A stretch of 64,000 nt of DNA. Origin: Bdellovibrionales bacterium. Lineage in GTDB: Bacteria; Bdellovibrionota; Bdellovibrionia; Bdellovibrionales; JAUICD01. The position numbers and the translations under genes were made by a program. Of this stretch, positions 19,373-29,280 are shown piece by piece (within the stretch, counting starts at the first letter, position 1; every line of letters begins with the position of its first letter). The notes beneath the pieces were generated by a model. The model ran no database searches, was not told the origin of the DNA, and saw nothing but the letters and a program-made list of their open reading frames with translations. Where the stretch lies: contig OZ253553.1 of the NCBI GenBank assembly GCA_965262715.1, positions 320,001-384,000 on the forward strand, written 5' to 3'.

Positions 19373-20389
19373 GTGTTGTTAAGGCAATATACTTTAAGGA
19401 TAAGGAGTTTCAAATTGCGATTATATTATAATGTTAATAAATTGGTTATTTGTTTGATATTTACTAGCTTAGCAGCTTGTTCAAAGGATACATCATCTAC
19501 AAGCTATGATCCTTATGAAGATTTAAATGCTCAACATACAAAAGAAATTATGGATATTATAACTTCTTTAAACATAGAGCATTCAGATTTAATAGAAAGC
19601 TTGCGAGCACAAGAAACTAATGATTTATTTTTGCCTTATATTGCAAGCTATGAAGCTCATAAGTCTTCACCTATTCATCCAGATATTAAAATCTTTTTTT
19701 TTGATCGATCAAAATTACCAGAAAATCATGTGGTAAATTTTTTTATTGGGATGTGTTTTCTACGAGAATTTATATTCATAGATAGGGATTTTTGGTTTAC
19801 TTTAAATCCTTCTGAAGATCTTATATTGAGATATTCTATACTTAAAGGCTTTTCTGAGGATGGGACATATCAACAAAGTTCTAAGAATATAGATGGCAGT
19901 ATATCAAGAGAGGTAGAAAGATATGAGGAGTTATCTGAGGAGGAGAGGCAAGAGAGAATAGAGATAATACAAAGATTAGAGGAAAAACTTTCTGAGGATG
20001 AAAAGATAGCAGCAAGGCAATTAAGAAGAGAGCTTATTTTGTTCCATGAATTGGGTCATTGTGATTTAGGCCGAGATCATGAAATAATAAGTCATTCAAT
20101 TATGAGTTATGAAACTGTAAGCCTCATAGGGAATAATCAAGCTATAAAAAAAGAGGAATGTCCAGAGGACCTTTCATTTGAGAAAGCTATGGAAGAATGT
20201 CGAATGTTTGACATTGAAGTCTCATATTATAATCTTATTCAAAAACTTTTTTCTACGCAGCCGCAGAAGGGTATGAGTCCATTAAAACTAAATCCTGAGG
20301 CAGCTCGGTTACTATATCAAGAAACATTTCAATATATGCAAATGTATACCAATGCCATTGATCATGAAGTACAAAATAATTTGGACTGA
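19373..20389 (+). CDS. Lipoprotein, zinc metalloprotease (metzincin/matrixin-like)
   Basis: Lipobox LAAC; HELGHCDLGRDH zinc motif followed by Met-turn SIMSY; start uncertain. Confidence 0.8.
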   Translation: MLLRQYTLRIRSFKLRLYYNVNKLVICLIFTSLAACSKDTSSTSYDPYEDLNAQHTKEIMDIITSLNIEHSDLIESLRAQETNDLFLPYIASYEAHKSSPIHPDIKIFFFDRSKLPENHVVNFFIGMCFLREFIFIDRDFWFTLNPSEDLILRYSILKGFSEDGTYQQSSKNIDGSISREVERYEELSEEERQERIEIIQRLEEKLSEDEKIAARQLRRELILFHELGHCDLGRDHEIISHSIMSYETVSLIGNNQAIKKEECPEDLSFEKAMEECRMFDIEVSYYNLIQKLFSTQPQKGMSPLKLNPEAARLLYQETFQYMQMYTNAIDHEVQNNLD

Positions 20390-20615
20390 TTGAAAATTAA
20401 TTTATACATTTTGCTGTTTAACCTCTATAATTATGACTGTTAGGGAAATACCTAAGTATTGAAGTTCTCGACAAATACATAGCTATAAAATAGAATGGTA
20501 TATTCATTACATGAATTTATAGTTTATTGATCTATAATAAATGAATCACTGAAAATATTTAGAAATGGAATGATTGAAATATTTTCAAAAGAGATTGAAA
20601 TCTTGGGAGATAGTT

Positions 20616-22739
20616 ATGAAATGTGTAAACTTATGGGTTATAGCTTACTGTACATTAGTAGTTGGTTGTTCTTCTTCAACAACGGAAGACAGACCTAATG
20701 CTCTTGCAGAAACCCTTCAGAGCAACACTGTAAGTAATTGCCATATCTCTCGGGTTGTTTCTGAAGAGACTCAAGCTATTATATGGAAGGCTATATGGAA
20801 TGAGGATAGAAAAGAAGTTATTGCTTTAGATAATGATAGAGATAGAGATAGGTATACTTTTTCAGAAGCTATGTCTGTTAATGATAAAGATATAAAGGTT
20901 TTGCTTTCTGATCGCTCACTACTTTCATTACGTCGTTCTTATAGAGTAGTAGGTAATGATATTAGTTTTAAGGTTCTTTATATTAAGCCTTCAAATTCAG
21001 ATGAAGAGAATATGATACAGGCTGAACTTCATGTAGTTAAAATAGAAGATTTGAAAAAGGTCCATAATGAGGGTGAAGAAATACTCAGTGATCTTCCTGT
21101 CAGTGAAGCAGAAGCTTGCTATACATTACTTGCTCAAAAAGTAGAAAACACTGTAGTGTCTGTAGAATCTATAGGTGAAGAAGGTTGGAAAGACCCTGAT
21201 AAGATAAAAAGCTTATTTGATAATAGAGAAATTTATCAAACAGTTTCTTCTAGCGCTTGGAAGTCATCTGATCAATCTGAAACATTGAATGCGCAGACAG
21301 CCATGAATGTGGAGCTTATAGATATCATAACTGATGGTCGTGATCCAATAAGTATTGCTTTTACGCAATCTAATTCAGAATTTAACGACCCTACATCTTC
21401 AGTTAGACCTTCCATTATAGGATTGGAAATCCCTATTACAGGAAGTGGAATTCCTATTATAGGTAATCTTATGAGAGATAATCTAGATGATGAAATTTTC
21501 AATCTAGATATCAAGAAGAAAACTCTCAATCCTTTTGAACTTATCTTTGATTTTTCAGGTGGAAGAGCTAATAACCAGGTAGATTTTACTGTTTCTGTTC
21601 AGACAACCGAATTTTTATCTCAACCTGAAGATTCAAATCAAGCTACTTCTCAAGAAATAGAGACTCAATCTATACCTCAATCTAATGTTCAGGCAGAAAC
21701 TCCCCAAGTTCAAACTGCATTGCAAGCTGCCGACCATGAGACAAAAAATCAAGAACAACCTATAACTGAAGCAGAAACCGAATCAGTACCTCAGGTTGCA
21801 GTTGAAACACAGCTTCAATATCAACCTACAACTGAGTTTGAAATACTGTCTCCACCTGAAATGAGTGAAAATTGTAAAAGCTCTGATAGTTTTATTTCTG
21901 CTTCTGAGGAGACTCAATCTATTATATGGCAAGCCAGATGGAATGCTTCTCAAAATCAAATTGCCTCTTTAAGGCATATTAGAGATACTTATACCCTTTT
22001 AAATGCTGTATCTGCAAATGGTTCAGATATAAGTATTGTCATTTCTGATGAAGATTTACTTATTCGTGAGAGTCGATTTAGCAGACTCAATACAGAGACT
22101 TTTCAGGTGCTTTATATTCCAAATGCAAGCATAAATGATACAATACAGTTTAATTTGCATAAGCTGACACAAGAGGAACTTGAGCCTATTTATCTGGCAG
22201 CTAAAAATCATGAAGTGTTACTCGACCATCCAGCAACTCAAATGGAAGCTTGTTATACAATCAAATTAGAAAGAATGGATGACACTTCAATTTTTGCAGA
22301 ATATGACCCAGATACTTCTTCAAGGAAAGAGAATAAAATTAAAGACCTCTTTCAAAACAGGGTAGTGTTTAGAACAACCTCTTATAGTACTTGGGTGTTA
22401 GGGAATTCCTCTGATATAAATATAATGCGAGAGGCAGCTACGCATTTAGAACTTGAGGATATTTCAGAAGATGAGCGTACTCCATTGAATATTGCCTTTA
22501 AACACTCCTTACCATTTAATGATTCTATATCTTCAATTAGACTTTTTATCGTGGATGTGAAGATATCATCTTGGGGGTTTCTGACAAACAATCTTGATAA
22601 TGAAATATTCAACAGACATTTGAAAGGACAATCCTTAGATCCTTTTGAGCTTGTTTTTGGTTTTTCAATAGGAGAGTCTGAAGACAAAAAAGATTTCACT
22701 ATAGGAATTACTTCAGTACCACTTGCTCAATCAGAATAA
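20616..22739 (+). CDS. Lipoprotein with two homologous ~290-aa domains
   Basis: Lipobox VVGC; SEETQ.IIW.A.WN, EACYT, NLD.EIFN, PFEL.F.FS each occur twice. Confidence 0.8.
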   Translation: MKCVNLWVIAYCTLVVGCSSSTTEDRPNALAETLQSNTVSNCHISRVVSEETQAIIWKAIWNEDRKEVIALDNDRDRDRYTFSEAMSVNDKDIKVLLSDRSLLSLRRSYRVVGNDISFKVLYIKPSNSDEENMIQAELHVVKIEDLKKVHNEGEEILSDLPVSEAEACYTLLAQKVENTVVSVESIGEEGWKDPDKIKSLFDNREIYQTVSSSAWKSSDQSETLNAQTAMNVELIDIITDGRDPISIAFTQSNSEFNDPTSSVRPSIIGLEIPITGSGIPIIGNLMRDNLDDEIFNLDIKKKTLNPFELIFDFSGGRANNQVDFTVSVQTTEFLSQPEDSNQATSQEIETQSIPQSNVQAETPQVQTALQAADHETKNQEQPITEAETESVPQVAVETQLQYQPTTEFEILSPPEMSENCKSSDSFISASEETQSIIWQARWNASQNQIASLRHIRDTYTLLNAVSANGSDISIVISDEDLLIRESRFSRLNTETFQVLYIPNASINDTIQFNLHKLTQEELEPIYLAAKNHEVLLDHPATQMEACYTIKLERMDDTSIFAEYDPDTSSRKENKIKDLFQNRVVFRTTSYSTWVLGNSSDINIMREAATHLELEDISEDERTPLNIAFKHSLPFNDSISSIRLFIVDVKISSWGFLTNNLDNEIFNRHLKGQSLDPFELVFGFSIGESEDKKDFTIGITSVPLAQSE

Positions 22740-23186
22740 ACTAGAACCGGTCTCAAAAATACATGATAGTAGTAAATAATACAAAATTGCAAAATACAAA
22801 ACATAATATAACCATTACCAGATCACGAATCATAAGAAATGATCTCAATGAATATTAAGAGCTTTCTTATATAAATTGTGTAAAAACACTTGAAACTTAA
22901 ACTCAACCCTTTTTATTGAGGTGTTTTTACGTAAGATCAGTAATAAGTAAGAAATTTCAGGCTTATAAACTTGTTGTATGTAGCTTCTTATTCAAACGTG
23001 TTGGCTCATATAAATAGAGAATTATTGACATATATAGATTCATCTAGATATACTGCGTTATTTGTGTTATGTTAGAGTTTAGATGGTATTTTTACAATTT
23101 TTTAATTGTACTTTAAGTAAATATAGTGTACAAGGGTTTATTTATGATATTCGTTATTTTTTGAATTAAGAAATTGGATTTAATTT

Positions 23187-23840
23187 ATGAAAAAAATAAT
23201 ATTAACAAATAGTGCAATAACTCTGGTTACACAAAATCAACCGCAATCTGTAAATCATGAATTCTTGGTTCAAAAAGATATTATTCCCAAGGACTTTCAA
23301 GTTAATGATAAAGAAGTTTTTTATACGCCTTTTGCAAGTAAAATAGGGTATACAAATGGATTTGGTATAATAACTGAGCCAGATAGAATATTGTTTCAAG
23401 TATCAAGGATACCTAATTTTGAAGAAAAAAAGAAGAATTATTTAGATTTACTAGAGAATATTTCATTAAATTATGTAACTTTTTTTAAAGAGATGATAAA
23501 ATGGGAGGCTGTGGGGATCAATTTTCAGTTTATAAAGGATGACTTACAATTTGACACTTTTGTTGACCAATCTATAAAACTAAATAGTTCATGGTTTAAT
23601 TTTGAAGGTAAAAAAGGTGACATTCAAAAGATTGATATATCTTATGATTTGAAGGGTAAGCAGTTCAATATAATTATTCATAAAGGTTTAAAAAGAAATA
23701 TTCAAAGTAACAATGAAGATTCTTGTACATTTTTTACAATAAATGTACATTATCGCGATAAATATGACGATATAGTTAATATTATTAGTGAATTAAAAGA
23801 AAATTATGAAAAATCACAAGAATTTATAGGTAGAAGCTAA
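23187..23840 (+). CDS. Hypothetical protein, TIGR04255-like
   Basis: TP..S.I...NG..I...PDRI.F and AVGINF motifs recalled from this sporadic family; stop overlaps the next start (TAATG). Confidence 0.6.
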   Translation: MKKIILTNSAITLVTQNQPQSVNHEFLVQKDIIPKDFQVNDKEVFYTPFASKIGYTNGFGIITEPDRILFQVSRIPNFEEKKKNYLDLLENISLNYVTFFKEMIKWEAVGINFQFIKDDLQFDTFVDQSIKLNSSWFNFEGKKGDIQKIDISYDLKGKQFNIIIHKGLKRNIQSNNEDSCTFFTINVHYRDKYDDIVNIISELKENYEKSQEFIGRS

Positions 23841-24502
23841 TGAATTCAGGAAAATCTGAAGGTATAAAATTTGAACTGCTTTTGCCAAGAATAACATCAC
23901 TTTTGCAGAAACCCACACAACGAAAAGAGACCTATTATTGTGGAAATACATTTGATACAGGTATAAACTTCTCTCATAACTTACTAGATAATAATAACAC
24001 AAATTTATTTTTAGTTGAGGATGTTGTTTCTCTGCAACATGTTCTTAACTTTTTATATGATCATAATTACAAAATAAAAAATGAGTTAGATAAAATTTTA
24101 AAAGATTTACATGAATTCTGTAAAAAAGAAGGCTTTGAACTTTTTTCTGATAAAGCAAAAGAAAATGCTATACAAATTATAAAATTTATAAAAAATCATT
24201 ATCCTGATTATGATTGGGATATTTATGCTACAGAAGATCAAGAAATTGCAGTAGACTGTACACTTGAAAAAGGAGGCTTATTGATACTTTGTGACTCAAG
24301 TGGGGAATTAGCTTATTTCAAAACACTTAATGGAAAAAACAGTAGATATAGATGTCAAGATATTAATGACTTTCCTTTCGATCAACTAAAAAGAGAACTT
24401 AATTCTTTAGAGGATTATTCATTAAAACCTTCATTAGTTGATGTTGATACGAAGATATATGATTTTATAAAACCAGTGGGTCTTTTTGTAGAATCAAAAT
24501 GA
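23840..24502 (+). CDS. Hypothetical protein (candidate antitoxin)
   Basis: 220-aa ORF translationally coupled to both neighbours. Confidence 0.65.
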   Translation: MNSGKSEGIKFELLLPRITSLLQKPTQRKETYYCGNTFDTGINFSHNLLDNNNTNLFLVEDVVSLQHVLNFLYDHNYKIKNELDKILKDLHEFCKKEGFELFSDKAKENAIQIIKFIKNHYPDYDWDIYATEDQEIAVDCTLEKGGLLILCDSSGELAYFKTLNGKNSRYRCQDINDFPFDQLKRELNSLEDYSLKPSLVDVDTKIYDFIKPVGLFVESK

Positions 24503-24903
24503 ATATAAGGTTGTCTAAAGATGTAAATGATGATGATAAGCTTGGAAGAGGTAGTTTTTCAACAAAAGATGTAAATAAAGCTGGCAAAGTAAGATACTGT
24601 TTATTCTTTTATAAAAGAAAAGACACTATTTCTGTAGACCGTCTTTTTAATTTTTGTTTAGAAAAACTAACAGCTATTCAAGATAAACATGCTCAAAAAA
24701 GAAATCAATTTTATGGATGGGCTGGTATAAAAACCTTAGATGCTAAAAAAAATGGTAGAAAAACTCAATCAAATCCAGTTAAAGACAACCCCTATCATGC
24801 TAATATTATTCTACCTAAAAACATAGAAGATGATGATCGAAGAAGCCATGCTAAGGAGCTTGCGTTTTACTCTAAATGGGTTGAAAGATATAAATCAGGA
24901 TAA
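24499..24903 (+). CDS. Small basic protein, ADP-ribosyltransferase/RES-like fold candidate
   Basis: Early Arg (LGR), ISVDR strand and C-terminal DNPYHANI, resembling the R-S-H pattern of small ART-like toxins. Confidence 0.5.
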   Translation: MNIRLSKDVNDDDKLGRGSFSTKDVNKAGKVRYCLFFYKRKDTISVDRLFNFCLEKLTAIQDKHAQKRNQFYGWAGIKTLDAKKNGRKTQSNPVKDNPYHANIILPKNIEDDDRRSHAKELAFYSKWVERYKSG

Positions 24904-25142
24904 ATTTTAGTCTTTAGATAATTTTGTTTTTATGTTTTTGAGAATGAGTGAATGACTTCAGGGTATATGTTACCGGGAGTTGATAATGTTATTTTGATTT
25001 TAGACTGGCTTTCCTCACAATCCTTCTCTTGTTTATCATTATCAACCCTTATAGATTCTAGAAGACTTCAAGATGAACTTAGTGATTTAGGACTATTGTC
25101 AATTCGAGATAAGATATTGAAGTTATAAGCTATATCTTATTA

Positions 25143-25797
25143 GAACCGGTCTCAAAAATAAAAATTTAATAAACATTTCCAGTGATTCATAACTTTATCT
25201 AACTATAATGTATATCAGTGTTCACCTTCGTCTATAAACGTTTGTACCTATTACCTCTAATTTCTTGTATAAAAGGGTTATCTTCCTCAAAATGAATCAG
25301 CTTTTTTTTCACTAAAATGCATCTGACCTCTCGAGGCGAGCCTCTGGTCACTTTCTGGCAGTAAGCCCGACGGCTCTTATGGCCGTCGGCAAATAGCTTA
25401 CTGCCTGGAAAGGCTAATGCATTTTAGTAGGGAGGATCTTCTTGTTTCTTAGCACAATGTTAGGGAAATTTTATTCTTGCCATCGGATCAGTACCTAGAT
25501 TTATTTCATGGACAATCCTCAAAAAGGCTAGCCTCGAGAGGCTTGTCTTCTATTCATTTTGAGTAAAAGCAGGATGAAGGAAGTTTTCCTTAACATGATG
25601 TAAAAGAACGAAGAGATCCTCTCTACTCAAAATAAACGGATTTTTAAGGCAATCAGCATTTTGTTGACGGTGTTAACCGTCACGCTGATTGCCCAAAAAC
25701 AACCAGAGGTTGGTTTATTTTGAGTGAGTTTGTATAATGCAAAACTGGTATTTTTTTCTAAAATTGTTATCTCTAATAGCATTTTTGAGATGGCTTC
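25143..25797. mobile_element. Composite MITE with family-W ends enclosing an inverted pair of X modules
   Basis: TA|GAACCGGTCTCAAAAATA ... ATTTTTGAGATGGCTTC|TA; X reversed at 25307-25468 and X forward at 25584-25729. Confidence 0.6.
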
Positions 25798-25877
25798 TAA
25801 CTGATCTTACTTGTATAAACTATGCCAAAATACTTGATTTCTTTACCTTCTATGAAATGGCAACAGCCTCTAGTAGA

Positions 25878-26531
25878 TTAGTCATTATTTTTATTATTTG
25901 GGGAAGGAATAGATGTATTTTGAGAAAAGTATAGAGGTTTATCAAGTTTTACTTTTATCTCTTCTGAATCTGACTCTTCTGATATAAAAGAAACTTCTGA
26001 GATAAACCATAATTCTGGCCAGAAATCTGTCATAGAGGATGAAGAAATCAACGTTTGGTTGTATTCTACTGGACGGGTCGTCATTTGAGAAGGTGTTATT
26101 TCTGAAAACATTGTTATTGGAATTTGTAATGACTGGATATAATTGTTTTCACCTATTATACAAGGGCTTTTTAGAGTCAATGAAGGCTTTTCCCCTGATA
26201 CAGCCACTCCATCTGCTAAAACTTTTACTTCAATAGTCTGAAAGTATTCGCAAGCACTTCTGCCTTTTTTGCCATCAACTTGCATTTGGAAATGTGGTAA
26301 ATGAATGTTAATATCCTCTGTTTGATAAGTGATATGCAACTCTTTCAAGAGTCTATTGATAGTGGCTTTTTCAAGAGAACCACCTGACAGTTCAGAATAA
26401 TCAGTATGTATATCCTTTGGAATAGAAGCTAACTGACGCTCAGTCATTTTATGGGGTTTGGAATAAAAAAAGCCAAGCGAAAACATTAAGATAAACAGTA
26501 AAATAGAGCAAAATAATTTGAAAAAGTTCAT
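25878..26531 (-). CDS. Hypothetical exported/membrane-anchored protein
   Basis: N-terminal hydrophobic segment followed by RQLAS; 217-aa ORF. Confidence 0.75.
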   Translation of the reverse strand: MNFFKLFCSILLFILMFSLGFFYSKPHKMTERQLASIPKDIHTDYSELSGGSLEKATINRLLKELHITYQTEDINIHLPHFQMQVDGKKGRSACEYFQTIEVKVLADGVAVSGEKPSLTLKSPCIIGENNYIQSLQIPITMFSEITPSQMTTRPVEYNQTLISSSSMTDFWPELWFISEVSFISEESDSEEIKVKLDKPLYFSQNTSIPSPNNKNND

Positions 26532-26705
26532 ATCTATATTACTATCGGCAAATCAGACTGTTGGTTTTGAATTTTTTTCTACAAATTTGATTTTAATGAC
26601 ATTTGCTGATTTATTTCGACTATTTTATTGAATTGGTGTGAGAAAGAGGCTTATCTTGTAGAGATTTCTAATATATATTGTACAATAGATAATAAGGAAA
26701 ATACT

Positions 26706-27152
26706 ATGAAAACACTGTCAAAAAAGGCTAGACCAGAAGATTGGATTGCTCAATTTCAATCTTTAGACAGCTGGGAAGAAAGATATCGTCACATCATCCA
26801 AATGGGTAAATCTATAGAGCCATTAGAAACCCGATATCAAACTGAAGAGTATTTGGTAAAAGGCTGTCAATCTAAAGTCTGGCTTGTAGCCTCCTTTGAT
26901 CCTCCTAAGGTTCATTTTAAGGCCAATAGTGATGCCCTTATTGTTAATGGGTTGATTGCTATTTTACTAGAAGTGTATTCAGGAAAAGCTCCTCAAGACA
27001 TTCTCAAGTTATCTCCTACATTTATAGAACAATTAGGGCTTAATACTCATCTTTCTCAAACCAGATCTAATGGATTGATTGCAATGATCAAGCAAATTAA
27101 ATACTATGCTCTTGCTTTTTCATCCTTATCAGAATCTGGTAAAAAGGTCTAA
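26706..27152 (+). CDS. sufE: Cysteine desulfuration protein SufE
   Basis: WEERYRHII, VKGCQSKVW, SDALIVNGL, LSQTRSNGL; ATG 26706 with AAGGA RBS. Confidence 0.95.
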   Translation: MKTLSKKARPEDWIAQFQSLDSWEERYRHIIQMGKSIEPLETRYQTEEYLVKGCQSKVWLVASFDPPKVHFKANSDALIVNGLIAILLEVYSGKAPQDILKLSPTFIEQLGLNTHLSQTRSNGLIAMIKQIKYYALAFSSLSESGKKV

Positions 27153-27155
27153 AAA

Positions 27156-27932
27156 ATGTTTCATGTACCTGTAAGATATATATCCAGTTTTGATAATCCT
27201 CGATTTAAGCTTTGGACATCTCTTAAAAAAGCAAAAGGGATCAAAAAAGCAAACAAATGTCTAGTTTCAGGCCGAAAAATTTTAGAAGAATTATCACAAC
27301 AAAAGCCTCATCTTTTTGATGAAATTTTATATCCACAGCAATTAGAAGTTCATCACACACAACAGAATGATGGGCTTTTAGAGTTTGCCAGTAAGCTATC
27401 TCTACCTGTGTTTAGATTAAAGCAAGATTTGTTTAAGTGTTTAGATCTTTTTGAAATAAATGCCCCTATAGGTGTTTTAAAAGTACCTCAGATAGATTCA
27501 TGGGATGAAAATCAACCTTGTAAAAATAAAGAGATACTTTTACCTTTGGGAAATTCTTTAAACTTAGGAGTTGTTATTCGCTCAGCCAGAGCCTTTGATA
27601 TTTCAAGTGTAGTCCTTTTAGAAGAAGCTGCTCATCCATTTCTACCACAAGCCATTCGATCTTCTAGTGGTGCTGTATTTCACACTTTTTTTCTTTTAGG
27701 TCCTTCTATTCGAGAGCTTCAAAAGCCTCTTTTAGCTTTAGCATTAAATGGAGTTCCTTTAACAAAATTTGTTTGGCCTAAGGAGGCTAGGCTTCTCATC
27801 GGAGAGGAAGGTTTAGGACTTCCATCAAACTTGTCTATGACCCCTATTTCTATAAAGATAGCAAAAGAAGTGGATTCATTAAATGTAGCTGTAGCTACGG
27901 GGATTGCTTTACATCATTGGCAATCCAGTTAA
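27156..27932 (+). CDS. TrmH/SpoU family RNA methyltransferase
   Basis: NLGVVIRSA, RSSSGA, IGEEGLGL, DSLNVAVA SPOUT motifs. Confidence 0.92.
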   Translation: MFHVPVRYISSFDNPRFKLWTSLKKAKGIKKANKCLVSGRKILEELSQQKPHLFDEILYPQQLEVHHTQQNDGLLEFASKLSLPVFRLKQDLFKCLDLFEINAPIGVLKVPQIDSWDENQPCKNKEILLPLGNSLNLGVVIRSARAFDISSVVLLEEAAHPFLPQAIRSSSGAVFHTFFLLGPSIRELQKPLLALALNGVPLTKFVWPKEARLLIGEEGLGLPSNLSMTPISIKIAKEVDSLNVAVATGIALHHWQSS

Positions 27933-27940
27933 AGAGATTG

Positions 27941-28276
27941 TGTTTTTTTAGAAAAAACAAGGAAAAAATCTTTAGAAGCTTTGGTTTGATGCATAAGTTA
28001 AGTCCTCGAGCTATCGCTTGGATAGCGATAGCTCTGCGGAAGACCTCGTCCTTTAACTTATACATCAAACTTTATTTGCCATGAAAAGATTTAGTGTGAT
28101 TTGTAAGAAGAAGAGATAGTAGTAGGAGGATTTCCTTAACATCATGTTAAAAACCGAAGAGAGTCTCCCTACTAAAATGCCTCCTACTTTCTAGGCAGTT
28201 AGCTACCTGCTGAAGGCGTGAGCCTTCAGGCTAACTGCCAGAAAGTCGCCAGAGGCGAGAGGCATTTTAGTGAAAC
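27941..28276 (+). repeat. Structured repeat modules Y-X
   Basis: TTTTAGAAAAAACAAGGAAAAAATCTT...AGTCCTCGA...TCTGCGGAAGA...GTGATTTGTAAGAAGAAGAGA, then TTCCTTAACATCATGTTAA...CCAGAGG...TTTTAGTGAAAC. Confidence 0.9.
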
Positions 28277-28338
28277 ATTTTTAGTGAAATAATTTTAGTA
28301 TTTGTGTCATAACACTTTTATTTGCTAGAAGTAGATAT

Positions 28339-29280
28339 ATGGGAACTATATTGTTAAAAACTTTCTTTGCTGGAGGGTTGATTTATTGGCTTATGCAGAG
28401 AGGTAGCTTGGATCTGTCTATTATTTGGCATCTAGCACACCCTCTTCAATTGGCATTACTTTTGGGACTCTACTTTTGTCTTTTACTTAATAATAATTTG
28501 AGATGGTGTCTGTTTTTAAGAGCTTTTGAGATAAATACAACTTTTAAGGAAACTCTTAAACTGACTTTCATGGGACTCTTTTTTAATTTTGCAATAGTTG
28601 GAGGAGTTGGAGGTGATTTAGTGAAGGGGTATTACCTCATTAAGGATAATAAGGATAAAAAACTACAGGCTGCCATGAGTATTTTTTTCGATAGATTTGC
28701 AGGACTTTATACAATGCTTATTATAAGTTTGGCCACTCTTCTTTTAAATTTCAATAGCATTTCAGGCCATGCTCATTTAGTGGGGTTATTGCTTTTTGTG
28801 ACTGTCTTATTTTTAGGCACTTCAGTATTTTTAATGATGTTATTTACTCCTTGGTTTTATAGGATGTATCGTCGGTTTTTACATAAATTGCCATGGGATA
28901 TTTGGAATACAAATAAAAAGTGGAAGTCTTTCAAATTCTCTTATTTTATAAAAGCTATAGGATTCAGTTTTCTTTCTTTAGCTATTTGTATTGTTTTTTT
29001 TATAGTATCAGGAATTTTAATGGGTTTTGAAGTGCCTTTTTGGATTTATGTGTATGCTGTTCCTTTGGGGTTTGTGTTTATGGCCATTCCTATCTCTCCT
29101 GGTGGAATTGGTGTAGGACAAGTAGCTACTCTTGCCCTTTTTTCATGGGGATTAGGTCAGGAAACACAAGTAGGTCCAGCTACGGTATCAGCTTTTCAAA
29201 TCATAGGGATTTTGTGGGGGCTTTTAGGTGCTTTCTTTTATATCCGAATAAGAGATAAGATGAAAAGGGGTAATATATGA
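28339..29280 (+). CDS. UPF0104 / lysylphosphatidylglycerol-synthase TM-domain (flippase-like) membrane protein
   Basis: Multi-TM; RW, GLFFN...GGVGGDLVK, DR, PISPGGIGV motifs. Confidence 0.88.
   Translation: MGTILLKTFFAGGLIYWLMQRGSLDLSIIWHLAHPLQLALLLGLYFCLLLNNNLRWCLFLRAFEINTTFKETLKLTFMGLFFNFAIVGGVGGDLVKGYYLIKDNKDKKLQAAMSIFFDRFAGLYTMLIISLATLLLNFNSISGHAHLVGLLLFVTVLFLGTSVFLMMLFTPWFYRMYRRFLHKLPWDIWNTNKKWKSFKFSYFIKAIGFSFLSLAICIVFFIVSGILMGFEVPFWIYVYAVPLGFVFMAIPISPGGIGVGQVATLALFSWGLGQETQVGPATVSAFQIIGILWGLLGAFFYIRIRDKMKRGNI

Noticed and set aside
22742..25160. 20-bp direct repeat TAGAACCGGTCTCAAAAATA as attL/attR of an island
   Set aside because: The motif is the end of the dispersed W MITE family; the second copy interrupts a family-V repeat, suggesting independent insertion; no integrase nearby
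28131..28276. X modules as canonical integron attC sites
   Set aside because: No RYYYAAC...GTTRRRY boxes bounding the long hairpin, no one-gene-per-site cassette pattern and no integrase; only a structural analogy is retained
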